A stretch of 64,000 nt of DNA from Candidatus Poribacteria bacterium (lineage in GTDB: Bacteria; Poribacteria; WGA-4E; PCPOR2b): assembly GCA_965198175.1 (NCBI GenBank), contig OZ240245.1, forward strand, positions 4,448,001 to 4,512,000, given 5' to 3'. The first letter of the stretch is position 1. Every line of letters begins with the position of its first letter. Below, in pieces: positions 31,972 to 42,152 of the stretch. The translations under genes and the position numbers were made by a program. A model generated the notes under the pieces. It did not search any database. It was given only the letters and a program-made list of their open reading frames with translations, and had not been told where the DNA came from.

Positions 31972-33024
31972 TCAATATCTTGCGGCTGATGTTGGTGGAA
32001 AGGTAATTTCGAGCCAGACCGCCTCTCGATCAATCTTGACGTGGCCATTGGAAAGGCTTGCCGGGATAAAGAATGTTTCACCTCGGCAGAACTCGACCGG
32101 CTCTGTGCCGTTGTTAGGGTCAATTTGTCCACTCCCTTCCAGTACCATCCAGACAGCGATTTCATCGTATGCCAGTTCTAGCGATGCGCATCGGGTTGCA
32201 TGAACCTTGTCAATGCAGAAGTATTCACACGCAACCAGCCGTGTGGTATCGTGAATTCGACTAGGGCTAGTTAGGTGGGTTTCGTATTGGCAAACGTCGG
32301 GTGGGCCGAACTCGATACACTGCATCGCCTGATCGATATGTAGTGCGCGGTCAGTCCGACCCCAATCAAATACTCGGAACGTCGTGTCGCTAGCGGTCTG
32401 GATCTCGGCTGATAGCACGCCTGCTCCCACAGCGTGGCAGGTGCCACTAGGCAGGTAGTGGCAGTCGCCGCGCTTCGCCGGCACCTTAATCAGTAATCCT
32501 TCAACTGCCGAATCCTTCCCAGATACGATGGCGTCACGAAACTGCTGCGGTGTCACACCTTCACGTATGCCTTTATAGACGACTGCTCCCGGTTCTGCAT
32601 CCACGACGTACCATGCTTCAGGTTTCACGGATGTCTCAGGGTGATTGCGGACATAGGCGGAAGTGGGATGCACTTGCACAGACACGTTCTCGCGGATATC
32701 AAGATACTTGAACAGAAACGGAAAATTACCCGAGGCATTGAGAGGCAACCGCCCCAGCAGTTTTTGCCCGTACCGTGTGATGAGTTCGTGCAACGAAGTT
32801 CCGCGAAATTGTCCGTTGCTTACGATGGAGCGTTCAGCGCCTCCACCACCGCCGGAAGGTGAACTTATGCTGAGGTCGGTCACTTCCCACGATTCACCGA
32901 TACGTGTGGTTGCATCACCCGGCAGTTTTCGCCCAAGCTTTTCTAATCCTCTGCCGCCCCAGACTTTCTCCTTGTAGATTGGCTTGAATTTTAACGGGTA
33001 CAACGGTGTGTTAGCCGGCAACAT
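31972..33024 (-). CDS. manA: Mannose-6-phosphate isomerase, class I
   Basis: KVWGG, IGESWE, SVQVHP, KPEAW, GTCHA, EIQ.SD.TFR.FDW. Confidence 0.9.
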   Translation of the reverse strand: MLPANTPLYPLKFKPIYKEKVWGGRGLEKLGRKLPGDATTRIGESWEVTDLSISSPSGGGGGAERSIVSNGQFRGTSLHELITRYGQKLLGRLPLNASGNFPFLFKYLDIRENVSVQVHPTSAYVRNHPETSVKPEAWYVVDAEPGAVVYKGIREGVTPQQFRDAIVSGKDSAVEGLLIKVPAKRGDCHYLPSGTCHAVGAGVLSAEIQTASDTTFRVFDWGRTDRALHIDQAMQCIEFGPPDVCQYETHLTSPSRIHDTTRLVACEYFCIDKVHATRCASLELAYDEIAVWMVLEGSGQIDPNNGTEPVEFCRGETFFIPASLSNGHVKIDREAVWLEITFPPTSAARY

Positions 33025-33056
33025 ACCACACTCTCTAATATCTTGTCATTCTGAGC

Positions 33057-33854
<798 letters not shown>

Positions 33855-33887
33855 TCAAAGAAATTCGTGAAGGCTGAATCTTCAGGG

Positions 33888-35117
33888 TTATTTCTGATCG
33901 CCCTTTAGAAAGAACACCAACGCCGCAGTCACTAGTGGCAGCATCGCTAAGCCGTCCAATACCTTCGGCAACCCAAAGTAATCACTGAGCATACCTACTG
34001 GTGTGATTAACAGACCGCCAACGCCCCAAGCAGCGCCCATCATCACACCGGAAGCAATATTTTCGCGTTCAGGAAGCAACTGCTGCCCTAGAACGATATT
34101 GACCGTAATTGAACTGGAAAGGATGAAATTTCCGAAAAAGAGGAGAATCAGAAAGATGCCGCCTGTGCTATGTAGAGAACCATACAAGAACGGAGGTGCA
34201 GCCAACAAAGAAAATAAAAGCAGACCGTACCGATTGATTCGATCCGAAAGCCAGCCACCGATCATGATGCCGATTGATCCTGCGATTAAGAAAAGGGCGA
34301 TGACCGCCGATCGTGCAAGATTTGAATACTGTTGATCGTCAAGGTGCAGCGAAAGGAAGTTTTCCAAACCAATCGCCGTTATTGTTCTCAAAACAGCAAT
34401 GAGATAAAGCACCAGGAAGGTTCGCAGATTTGGATGTATCACTTGCCAAAGATCTTTTCGCTTCTCAGGTAAAGTCGGTGCTCCTATAATCCCCTGCGAT
34501 GATAAATCTGGCGCTGCATAAGGCGTCTTCAGAGTTCTCGGTACGAGTAACGCAATAAGCAGTCCCGGAATCATGCACCACACCAGCCCTTCTAGTCCAT
34601 AGCGATACACCAGCAGGTACATGATGCCTAACGGTCCAGCGGCTCGACCGAAGTTGCCCCCCATCAGAAACAGCGACACCCCAAAACCCCTGTTCTGTTT
34701 GGATAATGCAGCAGCTTGGGCGGTTGCTTGCGGGTGAAATGCCGCGACGCCCGACCCACCGATTGCGACCAACAGCATAAGCACGAAAAAAGATGATGCA
34801 GTCCCCATCAAACTCATACCAGCAGCGGATACTGCAATCCCAAGGGTCAGAAAATGGACTGTTCTCACCCGGTCAGATAACCAACCGAAGAGGAGTTGCC
34901 CGAGGGAGCCAAAATTGCTAAACACGGAGATTAGAACGCCTGCATAGCTATTTCTCGCAGAAGTTTGGGACACTAACTTTTTCAGTAATAGAGGCAATAC
35001 GTGCGGGAGGATGGTTGCGTAGGTATCAACGACCGCATGGACACATGTCAGCAAATAGAGTTGTTTGCGCGGAGAAAGTTTGGATGGCTTTGGCATAACA
35101 TTATAATAGTACGACAA
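33888..35117 (-). CDS. MFS transporter (Fsr-like)
   Basis: HAVVD, GWLSDR x2, AAFHP; 12-TM pattern; real start may be ATG 35096. Confidence 0.88.
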   Translation of the reverse strand: MSYYYNVMPKPSKLSPRKQLYLLTCVHAVVDTYATILPHVLPLLLKKLVSQTSARNSYAGVLISVFSNFGSLGQLLFGWLSDRVRTVHFLTLGIAVSAAGMSLMGTASSFFVLMLLVAIGGSGVAAFHPQATAQAAALSKQNRGFGVSLFLMGGNFGRAAGPLGIMYLLVYRYGLEGLVWCMIPGLLIALLVPRTLKTPYAAPDLSSQGIIGAPTLPEKRKDLWQVIHPNLRTFLVLYLIAVLRTITAIGLENFLSLHLDDQQYSNLARSAVIALFLIAGSIGIMIGGWLSDRINRYGLLLFSLLAAPPFLYGSLHSTGGIFLILLFFGNFILSSSITVNIVLGQQLLPERENIASGVMMGAAWGVGGLLITPVGMLSDYFGLPKVLDGLAMLPLVTAALVFFLKGDQK

Positions 35118-35263
35118 CGAGGCTTAGCAAAAACGGGCTGGCATTTCGCTTGAGTTCTGCAAATCTCGTTGCGGTGATAAGATGTAATCCTCAAAACTGT
35201 GCTTTCGCGTAAATGGGTTGCACTGCAGAGTCTCCTTCATGCGCTCGACTCGTGTGAAAACAC

Positions 35264-35899
35264 TCAAAACAGAGTTAACTGTTGACGCTGAGGCGCTTCG
35301 TCGGCTTTCTGCTTCGCCTCTATGAGATCTTCAACCAGGTATCGACGGGCGGCGGTGAAATCGTCGCCGTGCAAGCGCAAGATATACGCTGGATGCAGTG
35401 CAGCGATTGCATACGGCGCGTATTGCGTATCCGTGAACCACTGTCCGCGTTCTTGAGTCATTTTGAAATTCCGATGAATCAGTCGGTTCGCAGCGGGTGC
35501 ACCGATACAAACAATCACAGCAGGTTGAACCAAGTTCAACTCCGCATCCAGCCATTTGTGACAGGCTTTAATCTCCTGCATCTGTGGGGGACGGTTCCGA
35601 GTGAAACCGTCTTCAGTAACGCAGGCACGGCATTTGATGACATTCGTGAGCCAAATTTCCTCCCTTACAATTTGAGCGTCTACCAACACTTCATCGAGTA
35701 GCTTCCCCGCCTTTCCGACGAATGGGCGTCCACGTTTATCTTCTTGATCGCCAGGTCCTTCTCCCACCAATACTAGTGTCGCTTCGGAGTCCCCCTCTCC
35801 AAACACCACCTGCGTGCGGGTCTCGGAAAGCGGACAATCAGTGCAAACGACCGCCTTTGATTCGATTTGCTTCATCTGTGGGACATTGGAAGTCTTCAT
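35264..35899 (-). CDS. Uracil-DNA glycosylase, family 4 ([4Fe-4S])
   Basis: CTDC, GEGPG..ED, PFVG.AG, KCR, HPAYILR. Confidence 0.93.
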   Translation of the reverse strand: MKTSNVPQMKQIESKAVVCTDCPLSETRTQVVFGEGDSEATLVLVGEGPGDQEDKRGRPFVGKAGKLLDEVLVDAQIVREEIWLTNVIKCRACVTEDGFTRNRPPQMQEIKACHKWLDAELNLVQPAVIVCIGAPAANRLIHRNFKMTQERGQWFTDTQYAPYAIAALHPAYILRLHGDDFTAARRYLVEDLIEAKQKADEAPQRQQLTLF

Positions 35900-36166
35900 A
35901 AAATTGTTCTCCCTATCTGTGGCTTCGATTGGGAATGTTGTTGATTGTTTTTCTATTTTACCACAGTTTTATGGATATATTCAATAAATCGTCGTAGAGC
36001 AACGGTGGGTTACATTTCGCTTTGTTGCGTCTGCACCCGATCCTTCCTTTTCATCCATGCCTCTTCAAATCAGATTGCTGAAGATCTGTTCCGCAACTGT
36101 TCGCAGAAACAACCCAAGCCTCAGATGCGATCGTACTTCATCTAAGTAAGCTATCATTCTATGGGC

Positions 36167-36195
36167 TTGCATTTATTTTAAGATGTAGATATAAT
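36167..36195 (+). promoter_or_regulatory. sigma70-type promoter
   Basis: TTGCAT-N17-TATAAT upstream of the SBP pair. Confidence 0.6.
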
Positions 36196-36359
36196 ATCGC
36201 AGACCGATCCAACGTTAACAATCCGAAGGAAAAGGATATGGATTCTACTCAAAATCGGAGTGAGATCGACGCGATTAAAGGATTCAACAATAACAATAAA
36301 AGCTTGGGCATCAGTTCCAATCTGAAACGATAACATACATAGCGAAAAGGAGGGATTCA

Positions 36360-37580
36360 TTGACATATCAAGGAGCATATAGAACATTAAAAAGTTGGCT
36401 CAGGATATTCGAATTATCTTCTAATTTAGTTGTACACTCAATCTTGGTGATGGGAATCTTGCTCCTGCTTGGCGGGTGCGACCAATTCCAACAAGTGCTC
36501 ACGCCGCTAACAGAACCTGACGAAGACGCTTCAATCAAAATCGGCGTTATATTTAGTAGCCCAACCCGCAGCCACACGCTGAACGGTGCAGAATTGGCAG
36601 CACTGCAACTGAACGGAGAGAGTGGTGTGCACGGTCGAGAGATTGCCATTGTCGCTCGCGGTAATATCAGCGATTCCGAACATGCCGCAGCGATAGCAGA
36701 GGAGTTGATTACTCGGGAGGGGGTGTCAGCAATTGTCGGTCCCAACCTCTCGTCTTATGCTGTACCTATCGGTGAGACTGCTCAACGCCACGGGATACCG
36801 ATGGTGACCACTACTGCAACCAACCCAACCGTTACCGCTGCGGGTGATTTTGTGTTTATGGCGGCGTTCACCGACGATTTTCAGGGCAAAGTGATGGCTC
36901 AGTTTGCCATCCAAGATTTGGAGGCAAAGACCGCCGCAGTCCTCACACGCAGAGCCTCTCTCTATTCGGAGGGCTTATCGCAAACCTTTATTGATAACTT
37001 CACGGCTTTTGGGGGCGATGTTCTACATGCACAATTTTATACGAAGGGGGATACCGACTTTACCGCGCAATTGACCGAAATTGCTGAATCGTCACCGGAT
37101 GTCTTTTTTCTGCCGGGGTTCTCAGCCGAAATCCCATTAGTGGTTGAACAAGCGAAAACGCTTGGCATTACGGGAATCCTGATCGGCGGCGACAGTTGGG
37201 ATAACGCACCGTTGATTGCTGACAATGCAGAACTGCTTGAGGGGAGTTTTTTCTCCACCTATTTTTCTGCCAAAGTCGCATCGGGCGATTTGAGTGAAGA
37301 GGGTCATCAATTCATTACCGCCTATACCGCAATCTTCGGCAAACCGCCGGACGGGGGTGCGGCACTCGGATATGATGCGCTCACGCTCGTGGTTCAAGCG
37401 ATGCGGCGTGCAGACGAGTTGACACCAGCGGCGATTCGCGACCAGATTGCGGCGACCGAGAACTATAGCGGGGCAACCTTTATCTTAGCCTATGATGAAA
37501 ATCGACACGCAACCAAGAGTGCGGTCATCAACCGCATCGCCGATGGCGAGGCGCAGTTCCATAAACTGATTAAGCCGTAA
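36360..37580 (+). CDS. LivJ/K-type ABC substrate-binding lipoprotein
   Basis: Lipobox LGGC; ATNPTVT, FTDDFQG, DFTAQL, GGDSWD, GYDA. Confidence 0.9.
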   Translation: MTYQGAYRTLKSWLRIFELSSNLVVHSILVMGILLLLGGCDQFQQVLTPLTEPDEDASIKIGVIFSSPTRSHTLNGAELAALQLNGESGVHGREIAIVARGNISDSEHAAAIAEELITREGVSAIVGPNLSSYAVPIGETAQRHGIPMVTTTATNPTVTAAGDFVFMAAFTDDFQGKVMAQFAIQDLEAKTAAVLTRRASLYSEGLSQTFIDNFTAFGGDVLHAQFYTKGDTDFTAQLTEIAESSPDVFFLPGFSAEIPLVVEQAKTLGITGILIGGDSWDNAPLIADNAELLEGSFFSTYFSAKVASGDLSEEGHQFITAYTAIFGKPPDGGAALGYDALTLVVQAMRRADELTPAAIRDQIAATENYSGATFILAYDENRHATKSAVINRIADGEAQFHKLIKP

Positions 37581-37597
37581 CAAATAGGAGAATTTCA

Positions 37598-38821
37598 ATG
37601 ACAGATCGACGTAGCCGGCTGACTAGATGCAGATTCATCAGTCGGTTTTGGATTCCACTAATTCTAATGAGCACCGTGTTTGGGGCGTGCGAGCAGGTCC
37701 AACAATTGCTTACACCATTGCCCACTGGAGACGAGGAATCTTCCATCAAAATCGGATTTCTGTACACCACACCGAACCGAAACAACAGTCGACACGGTGC
37801 TGAATTGGCAACGTTGCAATTGAACGAGGCGGGTGGTGTGCGGGGCATACCGATACAACTCGTCCCTCGTGGCATACCGACAGAACGCCTCATTAGCGAA
37901 GACATAAACGATACCGAATACGTGGCAGCGCTCGCAGAGGAACTGATTATGGAAGAGAAGGTTTCCGCAATCGCCGGTCCCAACCGCTCGAGCTACGCCG
38001 TGGTCGTTGGGGAAATTGCCCAGACCCACGCGATACCGATGATGGCAACGTCTGCGACCAATCCGTCCGTTACTGCTGCGGGCGACTTTGTGTTTATGGC
38101 GGCTTTCACTGACGACTTCCAGGGTAAGGTGATGGCTCAGTTTGCCATGCAAGATTTAGAGGCAAAGACCGCCGCAGTCCTCACGCACGAGGGGGAAGTC
38201 TATTCGGAAGGCTTATCGCAAACCTTCATTGACAACTTTACCGCTCATGGGGGCGCGATCGTAGCTAATGAATTTTACACGGCAGGAACTACCGATTTCA
38301 CCGCGCAACTGACCGCAATCGCCCAAGCAGTGCCGGACGTCGTCTTTAGTACCGGCTACATCCCTGAAATCCCGCTAGCAATTCGACAAGCAACGGAGGA
38401 GTTCGGGATAACAGCAACCTTCATGGGCGGTGATAGTTGGGACAACGCGGCGTTGATTGCTACAGCCGGAATGGCTGTTGACGGGAGCTTCTTTAGCAGC
38501 GGCTTTTCCGCTGAGGCGGAACCGGGCGATTTGGGTGAAGTTGCCTATCAATTTGTGACCGCCTACACCGCAATGTTTGATGAAGTGCCCGATGGGGGTG
38601 CAGCGGGGGGATATGACGCCCTCAGACTCGTGGTGCTGGCGATGCGTCGTGCGGACGACTTGACACCAACGATGATCCGCGACCAGATTGCGGCGACCGA
38701 GAATTATAGCGGGGCAACGTTCATCTCTGGCTACGATGAGAACCGACACACATCGAAAAGCGTAGTCATTAAACGCATCGTCAATGGCGAAGTACAATTC
38801 CATAAATTGATTGAACCGTAA
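37598..38821 (+). CDS. LivJ/K-type ABC substrate-binding lipoprotein (paralog)
   Basis: Lipobox FGAC; long identical stretches shared with the upstream gene. Confidence 0.9.
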   Translation: MTDRRSRLTRCRFISRFWIPLILMSTVFGACEQVQQLLTPLPTGDEESSIKIGFLYTTPNRNNSRHGAELATLQLNEAGGVRGIPIQLVPRGIPTERLISEDINDTEYVAALAEELIMEEKVSAIAGPNRSSYAVVVGEIAQTHAIPMMATSATNPSVTAAGDFVFMAAFTDDFQGKVMAQFAMQDLEAKTAAVLTHEGEVYSEGLSQTFIDNFTAHGGAIVANEFYTAGTTDFTAQLTAIAQAVPDVVFSTGYIPEIPLAIRQATEEFGITATFMGGDSWDNAALIATAGMAVDGSFFSSGFSAEAEPGDLGEVAYQFVTAYTAMFDEVPDGGAAGGYDALRLVVLAMRRADDLTPTMIRDQIAATENYSGATFISGYDENRHTSKSVVIKRIVNGEVQFHKLIEP

Positions 38822-38880
38822 GCGCGGAGTGTAAGCTGTCTTGTTCACTTTTTTCATTAACAGAAGGAGGATAAATCGGT

Positions 38881-39717
38881 ATGAGCAACGCAAATGGAGA
38901 GATGACGTATACGATGGGACGCAGCAAGGAGGAGACGGAGCGGTTGATTCAGCAGTCAGGATTGTATGAAGACATAACGCGACGACTTCTCAGGCAGGCA
39001 GGTCTTTTTAACGGGATGAAGGTGCTTGATATTGGCAGCGGCGCTGGGGATGTAGCGTTCGCTGCCGCCGAATTAGTCGGTAGTGAGGGGCAGGTCGTCG
39101 GCGTGGACATGAACGCGGAGATTCTCGAAACTGCCCGAACACGGGCGCAGGAAGCGGGCTTCGCAAACATCCAATTCGTGGAAGGGGACGCCCAAACTCT
39201 GGACTTGCCGAGCAACTTCGACGCCCTGATTGGACGCTTAGTCTTGACGTATCTGGCTGACCCTGTAGACACTTTGAAGCAGCTCGCAACACGTGTGCGT
39301 CCCGGAGGCATCGTCGCTTTTCAGGAGGTTGAGTTCTCGATCTACAAGGCAACTGCTCGCCCGAATACTCCCTTGCTGAACCAGTTAGCCGAGTGGGGAA
39401 TAGAGGTATTTCGGCGTTCAGGTGCGAATGTTGGAATGGGTCTTGACCTATACAGCACTTTTGTTGATGCCGGCTTGCCCGAACCTACTTTACAGTATTC
39501 GGCACCGGTGGGCGGTCCGGCAGCGTGGACGGGTTATCAATTCATAGCGAACGCTTTTCGCAGCCTAGTCCCGCTCCTGGAAGCGTTCGGGATTGCGACT
39601 GCTGAAGCGGTCGGTGTGGAGACGCTTGCCGAGCGGCTTAGGGCGGAGGTTGTTGCGTCGAAACGTCCACTCATCTTGCCGCCGCATGTCACAGCTTGGG
39701 CGCAACTCCCAACGTAA
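38881..39717 (+). CDS. Class I SAM-dependent methyltransferase
   Basis: VLDIGSGAGD, GVD, RPGG; RBS AAGGAGG. Confidence 0.92.
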   Translation: MSNANGEMTYTMGRSKEETERLIQQSGLYEDITRRLLRQAGLFNGMKVLDIGSGAGDVAFAAAELVGSEGQVVGVDMNAEILETARTRAQEAGFANIQFVEGDAQTLDLPSNFDALIGRLVLTYLADPVDTLKQLATRVRPGGIVAFQEVEFSIYKATARPNTPLLNQLAEWGIEVFRRSGANVGMGLDLYSTFVDAGLPEPTLQYSAPVGGPAAWTGYQFIANAFRSLVPLLEAFGIATAEAVGVETLAERLRAEVVASKRPLILPPHVTAWAQLPT

Positions 39718-39743
39718 AGTTGATTGCGAGTCGTCGGATTTCC

Positions 39744-41837
39744 TCATATCCGGTTCGAGAGAAACAACTCTCCAACCGCCAGAAGAAACACTCCAAGCAT
39801 CAAATACCACCACACGCTCTGGCTTCTTTCGACTTCGCTATGATAGGCTGTGGTCATCTCCGGCGTGACAACTTTCGTCGAAACAGTTTGTTCACCGCCA
39901 GCCAGCATGCTCGTTAACTCCTCCGGATCGCGGGCGGTGAGATCGGATTCAACCGTATCTGGATTGACGACAAGATAACGCGGTTTCCTGCCGGAGATAT
40001 GCACAGAATAGATCCCCGGAGCGTCGGTGGCATCGTAGAAATCGCTGCCGCTCTCGTCGATTTTTGTCCGGGTTTCTTCACCCATTGGGTTGAAAATGGC
40101 GACTTCTGTTCCCGCCGGTTGTTCATCGCCGCTTAGTTCAACGCGATCTCCGATGTGGTGGTTTTCTTGCTCATCCGTCTGTTTGAGTGCGAGGTACTTG
40201 ACGGCTTCGTACAGGAACGGCAGATAAACACCGTGAATCGGCAAGTCTGTCCATTCTCGATCGATTGTCGAGGTAAAGCAAAGCACACGCCCACTCCCAT
40301 AAACTTTCTCGAAAAGCGCCGGACTTCCATCGTCGAAACTTGCAAGCACCGTTGAATTCGCTAATGGCACAGCTTGAATGTACTGGTAGAATCGGCCTTT
40401 CCCAAAGTCGCCGTGATTCTGATCTCTGAACGGACGAAAGATTGGGTGGTTGTAGTCAATTGCCGCGATGATGCGGTATTGATTGTGCTTGAATGCTTCA
40501 CCAACATGTTGCACGAAGTTGCACGGCATCAACGGTTTTTCCCCCGCACCGAGCGTACTCCGATACGCCTCGAAATCAATCTGATCCCCTGCGGTGATAA
40601 TCAGACCACCGCCGCCCTCGACGAACGCTCTCAAGAACCGTGCCTCAGAACCGGTTAATGCTCTCACATTTGCCAAGATAATCACGTCATATTTTGAAAT
40701 CTCGGCAGCATTTGGCACTTGACGGGATTGCGTCAAGGCGATCGGGACAATCTGAACCCTCGGCTTAAGCGCCATCTCCAAGAAGAAGGTTTCATTCTCA
40801 TAAGCGCGTTGACCCGGTTCGCCGTTGACGCAATGTACCCTGATTGACTTCCGGCTTTGCAGACGGAAATAGCGCGAGTTATCAATCATCAGAGGGTCAT
40901 CAGGTAGTGCGGCGTAGCCGGTGTGAATTTTCTCTGCTCTGAAACGGGCTTGGAACAGTGCGTCCATCACATCATTCGGTTCGATGTCAATCCGGATTGT
41001 GTCGATAAGGTTACTATCAATAAACAACTGCACCGGTAGGTCCTCAACTGCTTGAGCACCGAAGTTCTGCACGCGGACAACCACTTGTGCGGGTTTCTGC
41101 TCATTCAGCACTACTTGAGGTGCGTTCAGACCGGTGATTGCCAGATTGGTCGGTTGCTTCACGCCCACATCTACAAATGCAATTTCAACGTCCGGGGACA
41201 GTTTATCGGTGTCAACGAAGTTTTCCCACCCGATTTTCTGCAAATCGCTAACGAAGTAAATCTGCTTCCGGCCGATATGCGTGCCCTGAAGGATTTCATC
41301 CGCTGATTGGATAGCGTCGAGGTAATTGGTGGTGCGATTGGTTTGCCGTGCATTCATCACCTCAGATTTAATCAGCTCATGCTCCGAATTGAGTGGTTTT
41401 ATGACTTCCGCTCTGTGAGCGGTAAATATCAGCGCTGAAGCGTCGTTGGGATGGAGTTGATTGGCAATTTGAATCGCCTCCTTTTGAGCCCGATCAAAGT
41501 TGTCGCCGTAGCCCATGCTGTAGGAGGTGTCGAGAACCACGACCACGTTTCGATTCCCGCCGCTTTCCGCTGTCACCGCGGGGTTGTCTGCGAAAAATGG
41601 GCGGGCAAACGCTATCCCGAGCAGTGCCAAGATTAGGATGCGCATCAGCAGCAGAAGGAGTTGTTTCAACCGATGCCGCTGCACATTGACCTGATGGGAA
41701 ATCTTGATGAAACGGATCGTGCTGAACACAAGCCGCCTTGCCCGTTCCCGGTTGAGGAGGTGGATAACCAAGAGCAGCGACGCGGCAGCCGCACCGGCAG
41801 CAAGGAAAAATGGATTTAAGAACTGGAGTCCAAACAT
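39744..41837 (-). CDS. BatA + vWA domain membrane protein
   Basis: FLNP...IHLLNR..LLLLMR BatA; VLDTSYSM MIDAS; SDLQ; C-terminal TM. Confidence 0.88.
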   Translation of the reverse strand: MFGLQFLNPFFLAAGAAAASLLLVIHLLNRERARRLVFSTIRFIKISHQVNVQRHRLKQLLLLLMRILILALLGIAFARPFFADNPAVTAESGGNRNVVVVLDTSYSMGYGDNFDRAQKEAIQIANQLHPNDASALIFTAHRAEVIKPLNSEHELIKSEVMNARQTNRTTNYLDAIQSADEILQGTHIGRKQIYFVSDLQKIGWENFVDTDKLSPDVEIAFVDVGVKQPTNLAITGLNAPQVVLNEQKPAQVVVRVQNFGAQAVEDLPVQLFIDSNLIDTIRIDIEPNDVMDALFQARFRAEKIHTGYAALPDDPLMIDNSRYFRLQSRKSIRVHCVNGEPGQRAYENETFFLEMALKPRVQIVPIALTQSRQVPNAAEISKYDVIILANVRALTGSEARFLRAFVEGGGGLIITAGDQIDFEAYRSTLGAGEKPLMPCNFVQHVGEAFKHNQYRIIAAIDYNHPIFRPFRDQNHGDFGKGRFYQYIQAVPLANSTVLASFDDGSPALFEKVYGSGRVLCFTSTIDREWTDLPIHGVYLPFLYEAVKYLALKQTDEQENHHIGDRVELSGDEQPAGTEVAIFNPMGEETRTKIDESGSDFYDATDAPGIYSVHISGRKPRYLVVNPDTVESDLTARDPEELTSMLAGGEQTVSTKVVTPEMTTAYHSEVERSQSVWWYLMLGVFLLAVGELFLSNRI

Positions 41838-42042
41838 AGGGATGGGAAGTTGTCTGAATCAGGATTTACAGAATTATCAAGATAGCAGGGTAATCGACAA
41901 AGGCACACCGGTGAACAATTGCCTAACCCTGCGCATCAATGATAGGACCTACAAGCGACACTTAATCATTCTCTTTATTGTAATACGCAGCAGCAAGGGT
42001 TTCAACTGCTTATTTTTCTGATCAGAGATGGGCACACCTAAA

Positions 42043-42086
42043 TTTTTTTCTTTGCAGCATAACCTCCAATCCACGCCGTGTGTCTA
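42043..42086 (+). promoter_or_regulatory. Putative ECF promoter 1
   Basis: T-tract, AAC(42061)-N18-GTCTA(42082); conserved before all three ECF genes. Confidence 0.7.
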
Positions 42087-42152
42087 GTTATTAGTCGCGC
42101 CCAATATAGTTGCGGTGCTAGTGTTTTTCGTTATTTTGGATTAGGGGCTATT

